A DNA stretch of 64,000 nt, taken from contig CAWAKC010000001.1 in NCBI GenBank assembly GCA_963782525.1, positions 552,390 through 616,389 of the forward strand. The letters are read 5' to 3'. The notes under the pieces were generated by a model. The model worked only from the letters and a program-made list of their open reading frames with translations, ran no database searches and was not told where the DNA came from. This document shows, in pieces, positions 39,101 to 48,980 of this stretch (positions within the stretch are counted from its first letter, which is position 1; each line of letters starts with the position of its first letter). Origin of the DNA: Candidatus Bathyarchaeota archaeon (GTDB lineage Archaea > Thermoproteota > Bathyarchaeia > Bathyarchaeales > Bathycorpusculaceae). The translations under genes and the position numbers were made by a program.

Positions 39101-39604
39101 CTAATAAACTGAAACTTTGGCTACACCTGAAATCTTTAGCAGTTCGGGGATGAGTTCTCCCGGAATTTTCTTTTCCACGATCAATGTGAGTTTCGGTTCT
39201 GGCGAGAGTTCGGGGTCATCCACTATTGCTTGCCGTATGCTTAAGCCTGCCTTGTTGAGGAGCATGGCTGCGTTGGAGAGAATCCCCGGGGACTTTGCGT
39301 TTACTGGTGTGATTTCTAAGACTCCGAGGTTGAGGTGTTTGGCGATTTCTTTTAGGGAGTGCCCTGCGGGGCGGATTTCTTCGAAAATCATTCTTAACTC
39401 GGGGATGGCTTTGATGGTGCAGAGGGTTTCGTTGACGGTTCTTCGGTCGACGCCTGCGACTCTGGCTATGCGGACAGGGGGGATTTCGATTTGGTTGAGG
39501 TATATTTTGTCGCCTTGGGCGCTTAGGCCGTTTTCTATGAGGACGCGTGCTACTTTGAGGCGTTCGGGGTATTCTTGGAGTTGGGTTTTGATTTGGGTCC
39601 ACAT
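39101..39604 (-). CDS. trpY: TrpY-like HTH-ACT tryptophan-responsive regulator
   Basis: MW.QIK, ARVAGVDRRTV, PGIL, SIRQA..DPEL and the VSVY end match the Methanothermobacter TrpY pattern as recalled; divergent from trpB2. Confidence 0.82.
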   Translation of the reverse strand: MWTQIKTQLQEYPERLKVARVLIENGLSAQGDKIYLNQIEIPPVRIARVAGVDRRTVNETLCTIKAIPELRMIFEEIRPAGHSLKEIAKHLNLGVLEITPVNAKSPGILSNAAMLLNKAGLSIRQAIVDDPELSPEPKLTLIVEKKIPGELIPELLKISGVAKVSVY

Positions 39605-39617
39605 TTCAGGTCGCTTG

Positions 39618-39676
39618 TGTATATTTCTGTTCGTTTAGGTATAAATATGTTGTTTAAATACGTACACAAATGTACA
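39618..39676. promoter_or_regulatory. TRP-box pairs in the trpY/trpB2 intergenic region
   Basis: CGTACA-caaa-TGTACA (39661-39676) just upstream of the trpB2 TATA-like TTAAATA; TGTATA-tttc-TGTTCG (39618-39633) between the trpY TATA and its start. Confidence 0.7.
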
Positions 39677-39735
39677 CAAAAGCCTTAAATAAAACTTTCA
39701 AGTACGGTTTAAAGCCCAGACAAGAAGGCGAAAAA

Positions 39736-41157
39736 ATGCCCGAAAAAAAAATCCTACTAACCGAAAACGACATACCAAAACAATGGTACAACATAGTCCC
39801 CGACTTGCCACACCCGCTACCGCCATTCATAGAAGCGGAAACAGGCAAACCAGGCGTCGGTATAGTCCCAAAAATTTTCCCCAAAGAAATCATCGGACAA
39901 GAAATCAGCCAAGAACGCTGGATAAACATCCCCGATGAAGTACGCGAGATCTACAAGATCTGGAGACCAAGCCCGCTTTTCCGAGCGTTCGGCTTAGAAA
40001 AAGCCTTGAAAACTCCAGCTAAAATCTACTACAAGTACGAAGGCGTCAGCCCCGCAGGCAGCCACAAAACAAACAGTGCCGTCCCACAAGCCTACTACAA
40101 CATGAAAGAAGGCATAACACGCGTCACCACCGAAACCGGCGCAGGCCAATGGGGCAGTGCGCTGTCGTTTGCAGCCGGCATGTTCGGGTTGCAAGCAACT
40201 GTGTACATGGTCCGTGCAAGCTTCGACCAGAAGCCCTACCGCAAAGCCATGATGAACGCTTTCGGCGCAGAATGCGTCGCCAGCCCCAGCAACAAGACAG
40301 AGGCGGGAAGAAAAATCCTCGCTGAAGACCCAGAAAACAAGGGCAGCCTTGGCATAGCCATTAGCGAAGCTATCGAGGACAGTTTGGAGAGTGAGAAAAC
40401 AGGCAAAAAAGCCAACTACACCATCGGCAGCGTCTTCAACCACGTCTGCATGCACCAAACCGTAGCTGGGCTGGAAGCCCAAAAGCAATTCGCAATGGTT
40501 GACGACTACCCTGATGTGGTTTACGGCTGCATAGGCGGAGGAAGCAGCTTCAGCGGTTTGTTCTGGCCTTTCTACTACGACAAAGTTTCCAAGAAAGCAC
40601 CCAAAGAAACAAAGTTTGTCGCGGTTGAACCCACCGCATGCCCAAAAGTCACACGAGGATACTACACCTACGACCACGGCGATACCGCTAAACTCACACC
40701 GCTAGTCCCCATGCACACGTTGGGACATGACTTCATGCCAGCTCCGATCCATGCAGGCGGACTACGCTACCATGGCATCGCACCAACCATCAGCGTGCTC
40801 GCAAAAGAAAAGAAAATCAGCACGTTGGCAGTTAACCAAGTGGACGCGTTTGATGCTGCAAAGATTTTCATCCGCAGCGAAGGCATAATTCCAGCTCCAG
40901 AAGCAGCACATGCAATCAAAGCCGTCGTCGACGACGCAAGAGCATGCATAAAAACCAACGAACCCAAAACGATTCTGTTTGCGTTAACAGGACACGGATT
41001 CTTTGACATGTCAGCCTACGATGAATACTTCAACGGCAGATTGCAGCCATATGAGTACCCAACAGAGAAAGTCGCCGAATCCATGGCGAAACTGCGCAAA
41101 CTCTACCCGTGGCTAAACGAAGTTAGCAAGCAATACATCGGCTGCGAAACGTACTAG
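39736..41157 (+). CDS. trpB2: Tryptophan synthase beta chain, TrpB2 type
   Basis: IPKQWYNI, SPAGSHKTN (PLP Lys), TETGAGQWG, HAGGLRYHG. Confidence 0.93.
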   Translation: MPEKKILLTENDIPKQWYNIVPDLPHPLPPFIEAETGKPGVGIVPKIFPKEIIGQEISQERWINIPDEVREIYKIWRPSPLFRAFGLEKALKTPAKIYYKYEGVSPAGSHKTNSAVPQAYYNMKEGITRVTTETGAGQWGSALSFAAGMFGLQATVYMVRASFDQKPYRKAMMNAFGAECVASPSNKTEAGRKILAEDPENKGSLGIAISEAIEDSLESEKTGKKANYTIGSVFNHVCMHQTVAGLEAQKQFAMVDDYPDVVYGCIGGGSSFSGLFWPFYYDKVSKKAPKETKFVAVEPTACPKVTRGYYTYDHGDTAKLTPLVPMHTLGHDFMPAPIHAGGLRYHGIAPTISVLAKEKKISTLAVNQVDAFDAAKIFIRSEGIIPAPEAAHAIKAVVDDARACIKTNEPKTILFALTGHGFFDMSAYDEYFNGRLQPYEYPTEKVAESMAKLRKLYPWLNEVSKQYIGCETY

Positions 41158-41230
41158 TTTCGCAAATTAACTTTTTTCTTCTTTTTTGTTTTTATTTATC
41201 GGCAACTTATACTAGGCATGGCTATCTAAG

Positions 41231-42361
41231 TTGACTGAAAACTCTTTGCCTGCAAAGACTGTCGGATTAATCATCAACCCCATCGCAGGCATGGGTGGCG
41301 CTGTCGGATTGAAGGGAACAGACGGGAAAGCTATCCTAAACCAAGCCTTAGCCTTAGGCGCCAAACCCATCGCCACACAAAGAGCAGAAACCTTCCTCGC
41401 CGCACTAAGTCCAGCCAAGAAAAGCCTCAACCTTATCGTCGGGGCAAGTGATATGGGGCAGAATCAAGCGGAAAAATGCGGTTTTAATTTCAAGGTTGTC
41501 GGAGAAGCAAAAGGGGAAACGACATCTGAGGACACGCAAACAATTGCTAAAGCCATTGTAGATGTCGGGGTTGATTTGCTTGTTTACTGTGGCGGCGACG
41601 GAACAACCCGGGACATAATGAAAAGTATCGGACTAAATGTTCCTGTACTGGGTGTTCCGACAGGAGTTAAAATGCACAGTGCCGTTTTTGCCGTGAGCCC
41701 GCGAGCAGCCGCCAGAGTTTCCGTCACTTATTTGTGGGGTAATTTGCCGCTGCATGAAGCCGAGGTCATGGATGTCGACGAAGCAGAGTTTAGGCAGGGG
41801 CATTTGTCGGCTAGGCTCTACGGGTACGTGCTTAGTCCCTTTGAACCCCACTTGATTCAGGGCAACAAGATGGCAAGCCCCATGACCGAGAACGAAGTAG
41901 AAAATCAAGCTGCCATAGCCATCTACATAATCGAAGAAATGAAACCCAGCCTCCTCTACATTGTTGGTCCAGGAACCACCACCCGAACCGTCGGCGACCT
42001 CTTAGACCAGAAAAAAACTCTCTTGGGCGTGGACCTCTTTCAGGACAAGATAATAATAGCCAAGGACGTGAATGAAAAACAAATTCTGCAGGCAATAAAT
42101 GGAAAACCTACCAGGATTATTGTGACGCCTATTGGGGGCCAAGGCTTCATTTTCGGCAGAGGGAACCAACAGATAAGCTCCAAAGTCATCCGTCAAGTAG
42201 GCTTAGACAACATTATTGTCATTTCGACCAAGAGCAAGCTGGATCGGTTAGAGAGTTTACGGGTTGATACCGGGGACAACGAGTTGGATGAACAGTTTAG
42301 GTCAAATGGAATTAGAGTCGTTGTTGACTATAAAACAACAAGAGAAATGAAAATCGAATAA
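41231..42361 (+). CDS. ATP-NAD kinase family protein
   Basis: NPIAGMGGAVGLKGTDG, GGDGTTRD, GVKMHS, GRGNQQIS, VDTGD. Confidence 0.88.
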   Translation: MTENSLPAKTVGLIINPIAGMGGAVGLKGTDGKAILNQALALGAKPIATQRAETFLAALSPAKKSLNLIVGASDMGQNQAEKCGFNFKVVGEAKGETTSEDTQTIAKAIVDVGVDLLVYCGGDGTTRDIMKSIGLNVPVLGVPTGVKMHSAVFAVSPRAAARVSVTYLWGNLPLHEAEVMDVDEAEFRQGHLSARLYGYVLSPFEPHLIQGNKMASPMTENEVENQAAIAIYIIEEMKPSLLYIVGPGTTTRTVGDLLDQKKTLLGVDLFQDKIIIAKDVNEKQILQAINGKPTRIIVTPIGGQGFIFGRGNQQISSKVIRQVGLDNIIVISTKSKLDRLESLRVDTGDNELDEQFRSNGIRVVVDYKTTREMKIE

Positions 42362-42468
42362 TTCTTTTCCAAACTGGAAGTCTATACATCGGAGAATATG
42401 GGCATGGTTTTTGGTAACAGAAATATACCCGTAATCAACCCTATTGTAACGAACTGAGGCTGAAAGCG

Positions 42469-43572
42469 TTGATTTACATTAACCTACCAAAAATCGGCGA
42501 AGAAGAAGTCCAAGCAGTAGTCAAAGTCCTAAGAAGTGGCATGCTGACAAGCGGTCTTGGAGCAGGCCCCGAAGTGTTAGCGTTTGAGAAGAGTTTCGCG
42601 GATTTTGCCTGTGCTAAACATGCTGTTGCAGTTAACACTGGGACCGCCGCGCTGCACTCTGCTGTCTTAGCCGTCGGGGTTAAGCAGGGTGATGAAGTTA
42701 TTTTGCCCAGCTTCACTTTCGTCGCAACCGCAGAAGCAGTTGTTTTAGCAGGTGCAAAACCAGTTTTCGCAGATATCGATCCCAAAACCTACAACCTATC
42801 ACCCTCAGCGGTTGAAAAAGCTTTAACCAAAAAAACCAAGGCAATATTGCCAGTTGACCTGTACGGTTTTTCAGCTGACATGAAACCCCTCAGAGAAATA
42901 GCCTCAAAACACGGCTTGGCAGTGGTTGAGGATGCTGCTCAAGCCCATGGAACGACCTATAAGGGGAAGCCTTCAGGGGCATTTGCTGATGCTGCTTGTT
43001 GGAGCTTTTATGCAAGCAAGAACATGACTACGGGTGAAGGCGGAGTTGTAACTACAAATGACAACCAAATCGCTGAAACCCTCCGAATGGTTCGTACTCA
43101 CGGGGAAAAAGCTAAGTATGCTTCTCTGATGCTTGGAACAAACTACCGCATGTCCGAAATGCAAGCCGCCATCGGCAACGTGCAAATGCAAAAGTTACCT
43201 AACTTTATCGCTAAACGCCGCCAAAACGCTCAGCAACTAACCAAACGGCTCGAGAAAAACAGCAAACTCGATTTGCCCTATGAAACAAAAGACAGATTGC
43301 ATAGCTGGTACCTCTATACCGCAAGGCTGAAAGACGGCACAGAAGAAGAACGCAATAGTCTTGTGGACAGCCTTAAGAAAAAAGGCATCGGCGCCGAAGT
43401 TTACTACATAAATCCTGTACACCAAATGCCATTCTACCGAGAAAACTTTGGAAGCACCAAACTGCCTCAAACCGAAAAAGCCTCAAAACAAGTGTTCTCG
43501 TTGCCGATACATCCGGGAGTTACCGATGAGCAGGTAAAGTTCATCGGCGAAACTGTTCTAAATCTCCTGTAA
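42469..43572 (+). CDS. DegT/DnrJ/EryC1/StrS sugar aminotransferase
   Basis: NTGTAALH, EDAAQAHG, SFYASKNMTTGEGG, SLPIHP. Confidence 0.93.
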   Translation: MIYINLPKIGEEEVQAVVKVLRSGMLTSGLGAGPEVLAFEKSFADFACAKHAVAVNTGTAALHSAVLAVGVKQGDEVILPSFTFVATAEAVVLAGAKPVFADIDPKTYNLSPSAVEKALTKKTKAILPVDLYGFSADMKPLREIASKHGLAVVEDAAQAHGTTYKGKPSGAFADAACWSFYASKNMTTGEGGVVTTNDNQIAETLRMVRTHGEKAKYASLMLGTNYRMSEMQAAIGNVQMQKLPNFIAKRRQNAQQLTKRLEKNSKLDLPYETKDRLHSWYLYTARLKDGTEEERNSLVDSLKKKGIGAEVYYINPVHQMPFYRENFGSTKLPQTEKASKQVFSLPIHPGVTDEQVKFIGETVLNLL

Positions 43573-43677
43573 CTCTTTCTCATTACGCTTTTGAGTGAAG
43601 AGTTAAATTACACATCACGCACTATATAGCCACCCGTTTGCAGGGATTATCGGGTTTTATATGAGGAGTATGAACCT

Positions 43678-44058
43678 TTGAGCACTGAAGAAGGCGTTTC
43701 CCGCATAAAAGTAAAGTTTCTCATCGAAGGCTTAGGTGAAGCAGAAGGAGAACTCGTCAGGTTCCTTGCACCAAGAACCATCGACTACATTGTCCGCAAA
43801 CTTCCATTGGAAGGGAGAGCAGCTCTTTGGAAAGAAGAGGTTTACTTTGAAATTCCCCTTAAGATGGGAGAAGAAAAAGCCAAGCCAACCGTGGAGCAGG
43901 GCACGATTGCTTTCTGGCCGATGGGCAGCGCATTATGCGTGTTCTATGGCAAATCACAGCCCTACAGCCCAGTAAGCATTCTGGGAAAAATAACAAGTAA
44001 CCTGGAACTTTTCAAAGAAGTTAAAAGTGGCTTAACAATAAAAATCCAGTTAGCTTAA
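43678..44058 (+). CDS. Cyclophilin-like fold protein (DUF369-like)
   Basis: LPLEGRAALWKEEVYF, GTIAFWPMGSALCVFYG. Confidence 0.8.
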   Translation: MSTEEGVSRIKVKFLIEGLGEAEGELVRFLAPRTIDYIVRKLPLEGRAALWKEEVYFEIPLKMGEEKAKPTVEQGTIAFWPMGSALCVFYGKSQPYSPVSILGKITSNLELFKEVKSGLTIKIQLA

Positions 44059-44549
44059 AAAGCAAGCGAGCTGTCTTTCCACATTTCAAGCAGCCGCACA
44101 CATTCTGCTTCAACATCTTTGTCGCTGGTTTTATCTTTTAGTGTTTGCAAAAACTCGATGCGTTTTGCAACAGAACGTTTTTCGGCACTGCCCCCATAGT
44201 AGAGTTCACCATCCAAATACTCTTTCATAGCGAAGGCTTTCTGGATAAATAAGCTGGCAGCGTCCACAGGGTTTTCCACAGCGAATTTGTTTGCCCAGAT
44301 AGCTACTTCAGTCTCCCGAAGCTGGGTTATACCATCGATCTCCATTACCATCCGTATGTAGGAAAGCAAAAAGTCATAGTACCCTGCAGTTTTGATTAGC
44401 TCTAGAACTTGGTTTACTTGCTTTCGGAACTCAGGCGTACCCTCAACTATTAGATTGTGTTTGTAGCCTTGGTCAACTAGCGCCTTAGCATCTTTCACCT
44501 CTTCAGATGTGTAAACTCTCTCTGGGAAACTCACAAAGATAAACTCCAA
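44055..44549 (-). CDS. Hypothetical protein
   Basis: 164-aa ORF downstream of rps25e, helical composition. Confidence 0.65.
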   Translation of the reverse strand: MEFIFVSFPERVYTSEEVKDAKALVDQGYKHNLIVEGTPEFRKQVNQVLELIKTAGYYDFLLSYIRMVMEIDGITQLRETEVAIWANKFAVENPVDAASLFIQKAFAMKEYLDGELYYGGSAEKRSVAKRIEFLQTLKDKTSDKDVEAECVRLLEMWKDSSLAF

Positions 44550-44589
44550 ATTAAGAAAATACCTATAAAATAAAAGTTAAGTTTGCAGT

Positions 44590-44922
44590 TTAAGCTGCAG
44601 GCTTGTAGATTTTGATGTTATGACTACCAGAAACGAGTTGAACTGCCCCGTTTGCTTCCAGTTGTTCGAGATAGTCTTTGGCGGCACTTATGCGTATGCC
44701 AAAGCGAGTTGCAACTGCATATGGAGTTAAGACACCCATCTTTTTGATTTCGCTGACGTTTTTAGGGTCTTTTGCGTCTGGAACCATAATCCCAATAGTT
44801 GTTTTTCTCTGTGGCGGTCCAGCTTTTTCTTTCTTCTTGGCATCTTTCGCTGCCTTATCGTCATCAGTCTTAACTTGCTGCTTTTCCATCTGCTTTATGC
44901 CGAGCTTCTTTTTTCCACCCAT
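44590..44922 (-). CDS. rps25e: 30S ribosomal protein S25e
   Basis: MGGKKK, VLTPYAVATRFGIRISAAK..L..L. Confidence 0.9.
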   Translation of the reverse strand: MGGKKKLGIKQMEKQQVKTDDDKAAKDAKKKEKAGPPQRKTTIGIMVPDAKDPKNVSEIKKMGVLTPYAVATRFGIRISAAKDYLEQLEANGAVQLVSGSHNIKIYKPAA

Positions 44923-44955
44923 TATTTTTCACTTTAGTTCTTTTTGTCTGCATTT

Positions 44956-46446
44956 TTATTGTGGTTGGCTTATTTCAACCTTATGTTGCGCTTTCCAGTC
45001 TTTGAGTGGAATGCCAAGTTTCTTTTCTACTTCAGCGCGATGAATAGAGTTCATGGTACAGAATGGTATTATACGTCCGTCTGGCACGGCATAGTGGATG
45101 ACGCAGCGTTGGACTCGTTCGAGGTCAAAGTTGTATGGATCCATAAAGTGCATTGAGGAAACCATTAACGCACTTCTTGCGAAGTCGCCCAGCGAACTGT
45201 AGTCGCCGTCCATGAGAACTTTAAGAACATATTTGCGTAGGAAATTGAATTTTATGTGTCGTGCGGAGCCCATGAGGCGAAGTTTTGCTTTGCTCTTTTT
45301 GCCTTTCTGTGCATCAAGGTATACTTGGTTGAGTGTGCCGACGAATTTTTCGATGTTGCCGTAGCGGGTAATTGGGGTCATTTTACCGTTCTCGATGAAA
45401 ACGAAGGTTGCCATACCGCAGTGTTGATGTGCAGTGAATTCAACGTATCTTTTGTCTTTTATTTCGCCGACTGCTTTGGAGACTGGAACAACTACTGGAA
45501 CGGGGTAGAAGTCGGAAACTTTGATGTCGCCATCGGTTTGTTTCTCGACCAGACTCATGAAGTCGGGGATGGTTATGCGCATTTTTTCTCTTTCTTGCTG
45601 TGGAAGTCTGCCGCAAAGAGAGACTGGCTGAACGTTGACACATCGGATGAGGTCAAAGTTTTTGGCTGCAAACTTTATGATATCGCCTAATTGCTGGTCG
45701 TTCACGCCTTTAACCAAGGTAACAACTAGGACGATGCTGTCGTATCCTGCTTTGCGCAGATTTTCGAGAGCTTTCATCTTAGTTTCAAGCAGGTCTAAGC
45801 CGCGAATAAACTTGTAAACATCAGGAGTTAAACCATCAAACTGCAGGTAAATTGTGCTGACGCCTGCTTCCTTCAATTTTTTTGCATATTCAGGGTCGGA
45901 TGCTATTCGAACACCGTTAGTGTTGACTTCTACGTGTTTGAAACCGATTTCCTTCGCCTTTCGAATGAAATCAAACAGTTCGTTCCTAATTGTTGGTTCG
46001 CCACCGGAAAACTGCAGTGCCGTTGCAGGAACGGGTTTGTTGTTGTGCAAGTTCTCAAGCATACCTGTAATCTGTTCGGCTGTTGGCTCGTAAACGTATC
46101 CTGCTGCTGACGCGTTAGCGAAGCAGACGGGGCATTTTAGGTTACAACGATTAGTAACGTCAATTATTGCTAGGGCAGTATGTGACTTGTGTTCGGGGCA
46201 AATACCGCAGTCGTAGGGGCAACCGTGTTTTTTCTCAGTGCGGGGGTTCTCCATGCCGTCGCCAACGTAACCGAATTTGTCTGCACGCAGATATTGGTCG
46301 TAATCTGACCAGTAAAGTTCTTGGAATGGCCCGTGTTCAGGGCAGGTTTTTTTGATGAAAACTTTTCCATTGTCTTCGTAGATTGTGGCGTCTATTGCCT
46401 TTAGGCATTCGGGACAGATGCTTCTTGTTGGTTTGATGTCTTTCAT
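44956..46446 (-). CDS. tes: Radical SAM tetraether (GDGT) synthase, Tes/GDGT-MAS (MJ0619 family)
   Basis: N-terminal CPEC...CPEH, CPYDCGICPEH, CNLKCPVC SAM motif, HFMDPYNFDLERVQRCVIHY...IPFC; start ATG 46446. Confidence 0.88.
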   Translation of the reverse strand: MKDIKPTRSICPECLKAIDATIYEDNGKVFIKKTCPEHGPFQELYWSDYDQYLRADKFGYVGDGMENPRTEKKHGCPYDCGICPEHKSHTALAIIDVTNRCNLKCPVCFANASAAGYVYEPTAEQITGMLENLHNNKPVPATALQFSGGEPTIRNELFDFIRKAKEIGFKHVEVNTNGVRIASDPEYAKKLKEAGVSTIYLQFDGLTPDVYKFIRGLDLLETKMKALENLRKAGYDSIVLVVTLVKGVNDQQLGDIIKFAAKNFDLIRCVNVQPVSLCGRLPQQEREKMRITIPDFMSLVEKQTDGDIKVSDFYPVPVVVPVSKAVGEIKDKRYVEFTAHQHCGMATFVFIENGKMTPITRYGNIEKFVGTLNQVYLDAQKGKKSKAKLRLMGSARHIKFNFLRKYVLKVLMDGDYSSLGDFARSALMVSSMHFMDPYNFDLERVQRCVIHYAVPDGRIIPFCTMNSIHRAEVEKKLGIPLKDWKAQHKVEISQPQ

Positions 46447-46553
46447 GTCGTTTTTAGCCTTCTTGCATGTAAGCGTTAATTTCGAAGTGCTTAAGTGCAG
46501 AAGTAATGATAATAAGGTTTCCAGACGTTTCCTAAGGTGATTGAGGGGAAAAC

Positions 46554-47306
46554 ATGTCAATAAACGAGAACACACGGGATGCCTTGCGCGAAATGGGCTT
46601 AAACGCCTACGAAATCGACGCTTACATAGTGCTGCTGGAAGGAGGGCAAATGACGGCGATGGAGATCAGCCAACAAGCAACAGTGCCTTACAGCAAAATG
46701 TACGAAGTCCTAAACTCCCTCAAAGAAAAAGGCTGGATCAAAAGCAGCGAAACCCGACCCTTCAAGTACTATCCGGTCCCACCCTTGGAAGCGACAAGGT
46801 TCACTAAACTGCGGCTAGAAGACAAGTACCTGAACTGGGAAAACACCGTCGCAGAAAACCTCCAACCCCTCTACGAAAAACGCGAACTCGTCGAACGCAC
46901 AGATATGCTGATTCTGCGAGGTCAACAAGCGGTTCTATCTAAGCTCGAAGAGGTTCTCAAAAAAGCCTCCTTGGAAATCGTGATAGCTGCACCAGAATTT
47001 GCAAAACCCGTGATTGCCCTAGCTGAACCCTTGCTTGGTAGCGGTTTGAAAAAAACGGTTAGTGTGAAGTTGATGGCGGCAGGTAAAAAACAAGATTGGC
47101 TTTTCCTAAGAAAATTCCCAGGCTTAAGCGAGCTACGCACCCGTGATCACATGTTCGGTGGAGGCGTTATCGCTGATGGCAAAGAAGCCATGCTTTTTTT
47201 GGGCGAAGACAAACCAACCCTCGTCATCTGGAGCAACCATGTCGGTTTAGTGGGGTTTGCACGAGAATACTTCCAGTTTTTGTGGGATTCATCAGCAACG
47301 GCCTAA
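46554..47306 (+). CDS. TrmB-family transcriptional regulator
   Basis: MGLNAYE...VPYSKMYEVLNSLKEKGWI...RPFKY; C-terminal effector domain. Confidence 0.9.
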   Translation: MSINENTRDALREMGLNAYEIDAYIVLLEGGQMTAMEISQQATVPYSKMYEVLNSLKEKGWIKSSETRPFKYYPVPPLEATRFTKLRLEDKYLNWENTVAENLQPLYEKRELVERTDMLILRGQQAVLSKLEEVLKKASLEIVIAAPEFAKPVIALAEPLLGSGLKKTVSVKLMAAGKKQDWLFLRKFPGLSELRTRDHMFGGGVIADGKEAMLFLGEDKPTLVIWSNHVGLVGFAREYFQFLWDSSATA

Positions 47307-47413
47307 CTCCTAAGGGAAGCGGTCGAATCGGTAATTATAATGTCAATAGTATGGCAAAAACTAGTTTTTAAACAAAAAAGAAGAAAGGGAGAAAGGTTAA
47401 GTTATGAGCTTAC

Positions 47414-47635
47414 TTATTTTCCCATGATTTTTCTAGCGGCGATTTCTATGTCTTCCGCTTTGATGGTTTTTCTTCCAGCATGCATCGCAAAATCGAGTGC
47501 TTCTTTGGCGATTTTTACGCCGATATCTTCTAGTGCCTTTGCGAGTTCTTTTGCTGCTGCTTCAGATACTCTGTCAGCGCCTGCTTTTTTGCATAATCTG
47601 TGCATGGGAGCTACTGCTATTTCTAATTCAGTCAT
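47414..47635 (-). CDS. Archaeal histone (HMf family)
   Basis: APMHRLCKKAGADRVSE...HAGRKTIKAEDI. Confidence 0.95.
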   Translation of the reverse strand: MTELEIAVAPMHRLCKKAGADRVSEAAAKELAKALEDIGVKIAKEALDFAMHAGRKTIKAEDIEIAARKIMGK

Positions 47636-47785
47636 ATCGACATCTCTGCAGCTTCTTTTTCTCTTTAAGGCAATATTTAACCTTTGTTATCCATTTTTTT
47701 CTCTAAATAGCTCTTAACCATAAAGTAGCCCTTTGTGGAAAGAAAAATTATAAAACCATCAAGCATGAATATAGCGCAGAGAAAA

Positions 47786-48560
47786 ATGAAGCTAATAGAC
47801 GCCCATGTTCACCTCTCAGATACCGAATACACCGGCCACATTGAAGAACTAATAGCGGACGCAAAAAACTCAGGCGTAATCGCCTTAGTCACAAATTCAA
47901 TGGATCTCAAAACCTGTCAAAACGACATAAAACTGGCCGAGCAATACCCAAATCTTGTCTACCCCGCTTTAGGAATCCACCCATGGAACGTAAACGTTAT
48001 TGAAGAAAAGGAACTTCAAGAAACCATAGATTTCATACAAAAACAGAAAGGTGTCGTTAAAGCCATCGGCGAAATCGGATTAGACTGCAAGTACGAAACA
48101 GTTTGGGAAAAGCAAACTATGGTTTTTGATAAGATGCTCCGGTTAGCTGAAGAGCTTAGAGCTACCAGTAATCATTCATTCCCGTGGAACCACAGACGTA
48201 GTTGTGGAAACTCTCCCCTCATACAACCTTAAACGTGTGCTTCTACACTGGTTTAGCCACCCCATGAGTGCCCTATCCAAAGCACTCGACAACGGCTACT
48301 TCATCACAGAAGGCCCACCCGCAACATACTCCAACGGAATCCGAGAAGTCATCGACAAAACCCCGATAACCAACTTATTAACTGAAACCGATGGACCAGT
48401 CACCTACTGGAAACAACCCTTCAATGGACAATTAACTAAACCCTCATACATACACAATGTCGTTGGAGCAGTGGCTGAAATCAAAAAAATGCAGCAAGAA
48501 GAAGTTGCTGAGCAGATAATCAGAAACTTTGAATCATTCTTCAACATAAAAGTAAACTGA
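47786..48560 (+). pseudogene. tatD: TatD-family DNase split by a +1 frameshift near 48155-48158
   Basis: IDAHVH, GIHPW, IGEIGLD in the first frame; LPVIIHSRG, LHWFS, TETDGP continue in the shifted frame. Confidence 0.8.
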
Positions 48561-48722
48561 ACGCAACATTTTTTTCTACCCCGTTCACCTCATAGCCTAT
48601 CGGTCACTTAATTCACAGCTCTAAGGCGTAAACTTAAATTAAGCCCCTCATCTATTGAGAGTTGCTCCAGCGCTTTTATAGCTCGGAGAAAACTATAATC
48701 GGTAAATTTGGAGGAATACCAA

Positions 48723-48962
48723 CTGGGAAAAGTAAAGACTGATCAAGTTAAAAAACTGGGCAAAGAACTGATGAAGCAGTTTCCAAGCAAATTCAACACA
48801 AGCTTTGACGAAAACAAACACGCAGTAGTTGAGTTAACAAAAGGAACGACAACGCGCATAAGAAACCAAACTGCAGGTTACATAACACGCACTCTCGCGC
48901 TCGCTCAAGCTAGCTCAGCAGCTGAATCGGATATGGATCAAGAAGAAGAAATAACAGAGTAA
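48723..48962 (+). CDS. rps17e: 30S ribosomal protein S17e (probable CTG start)
   Basis: (M)GKVKT..VKK, FDENK, IRNQTAGYIT; GGAGG 8 nt upstream of CTG 48723. Confidence 0.9.
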   Translation: MGKVKTDQVKKLGKELMKQFPSKFNTSFDENKHAVVELTKGTTTRIRNQTAGYITRTLALAQASSAAESDMDQEEEITE

Positions 48963-48980
48963 ATCTGGATAGAAACCTGA

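Noticed and set aside
39994-40677. 227-aa antisense ORF
   Set aside because: Shadow of trpB2 produced by codon bias; no recognisable motifs
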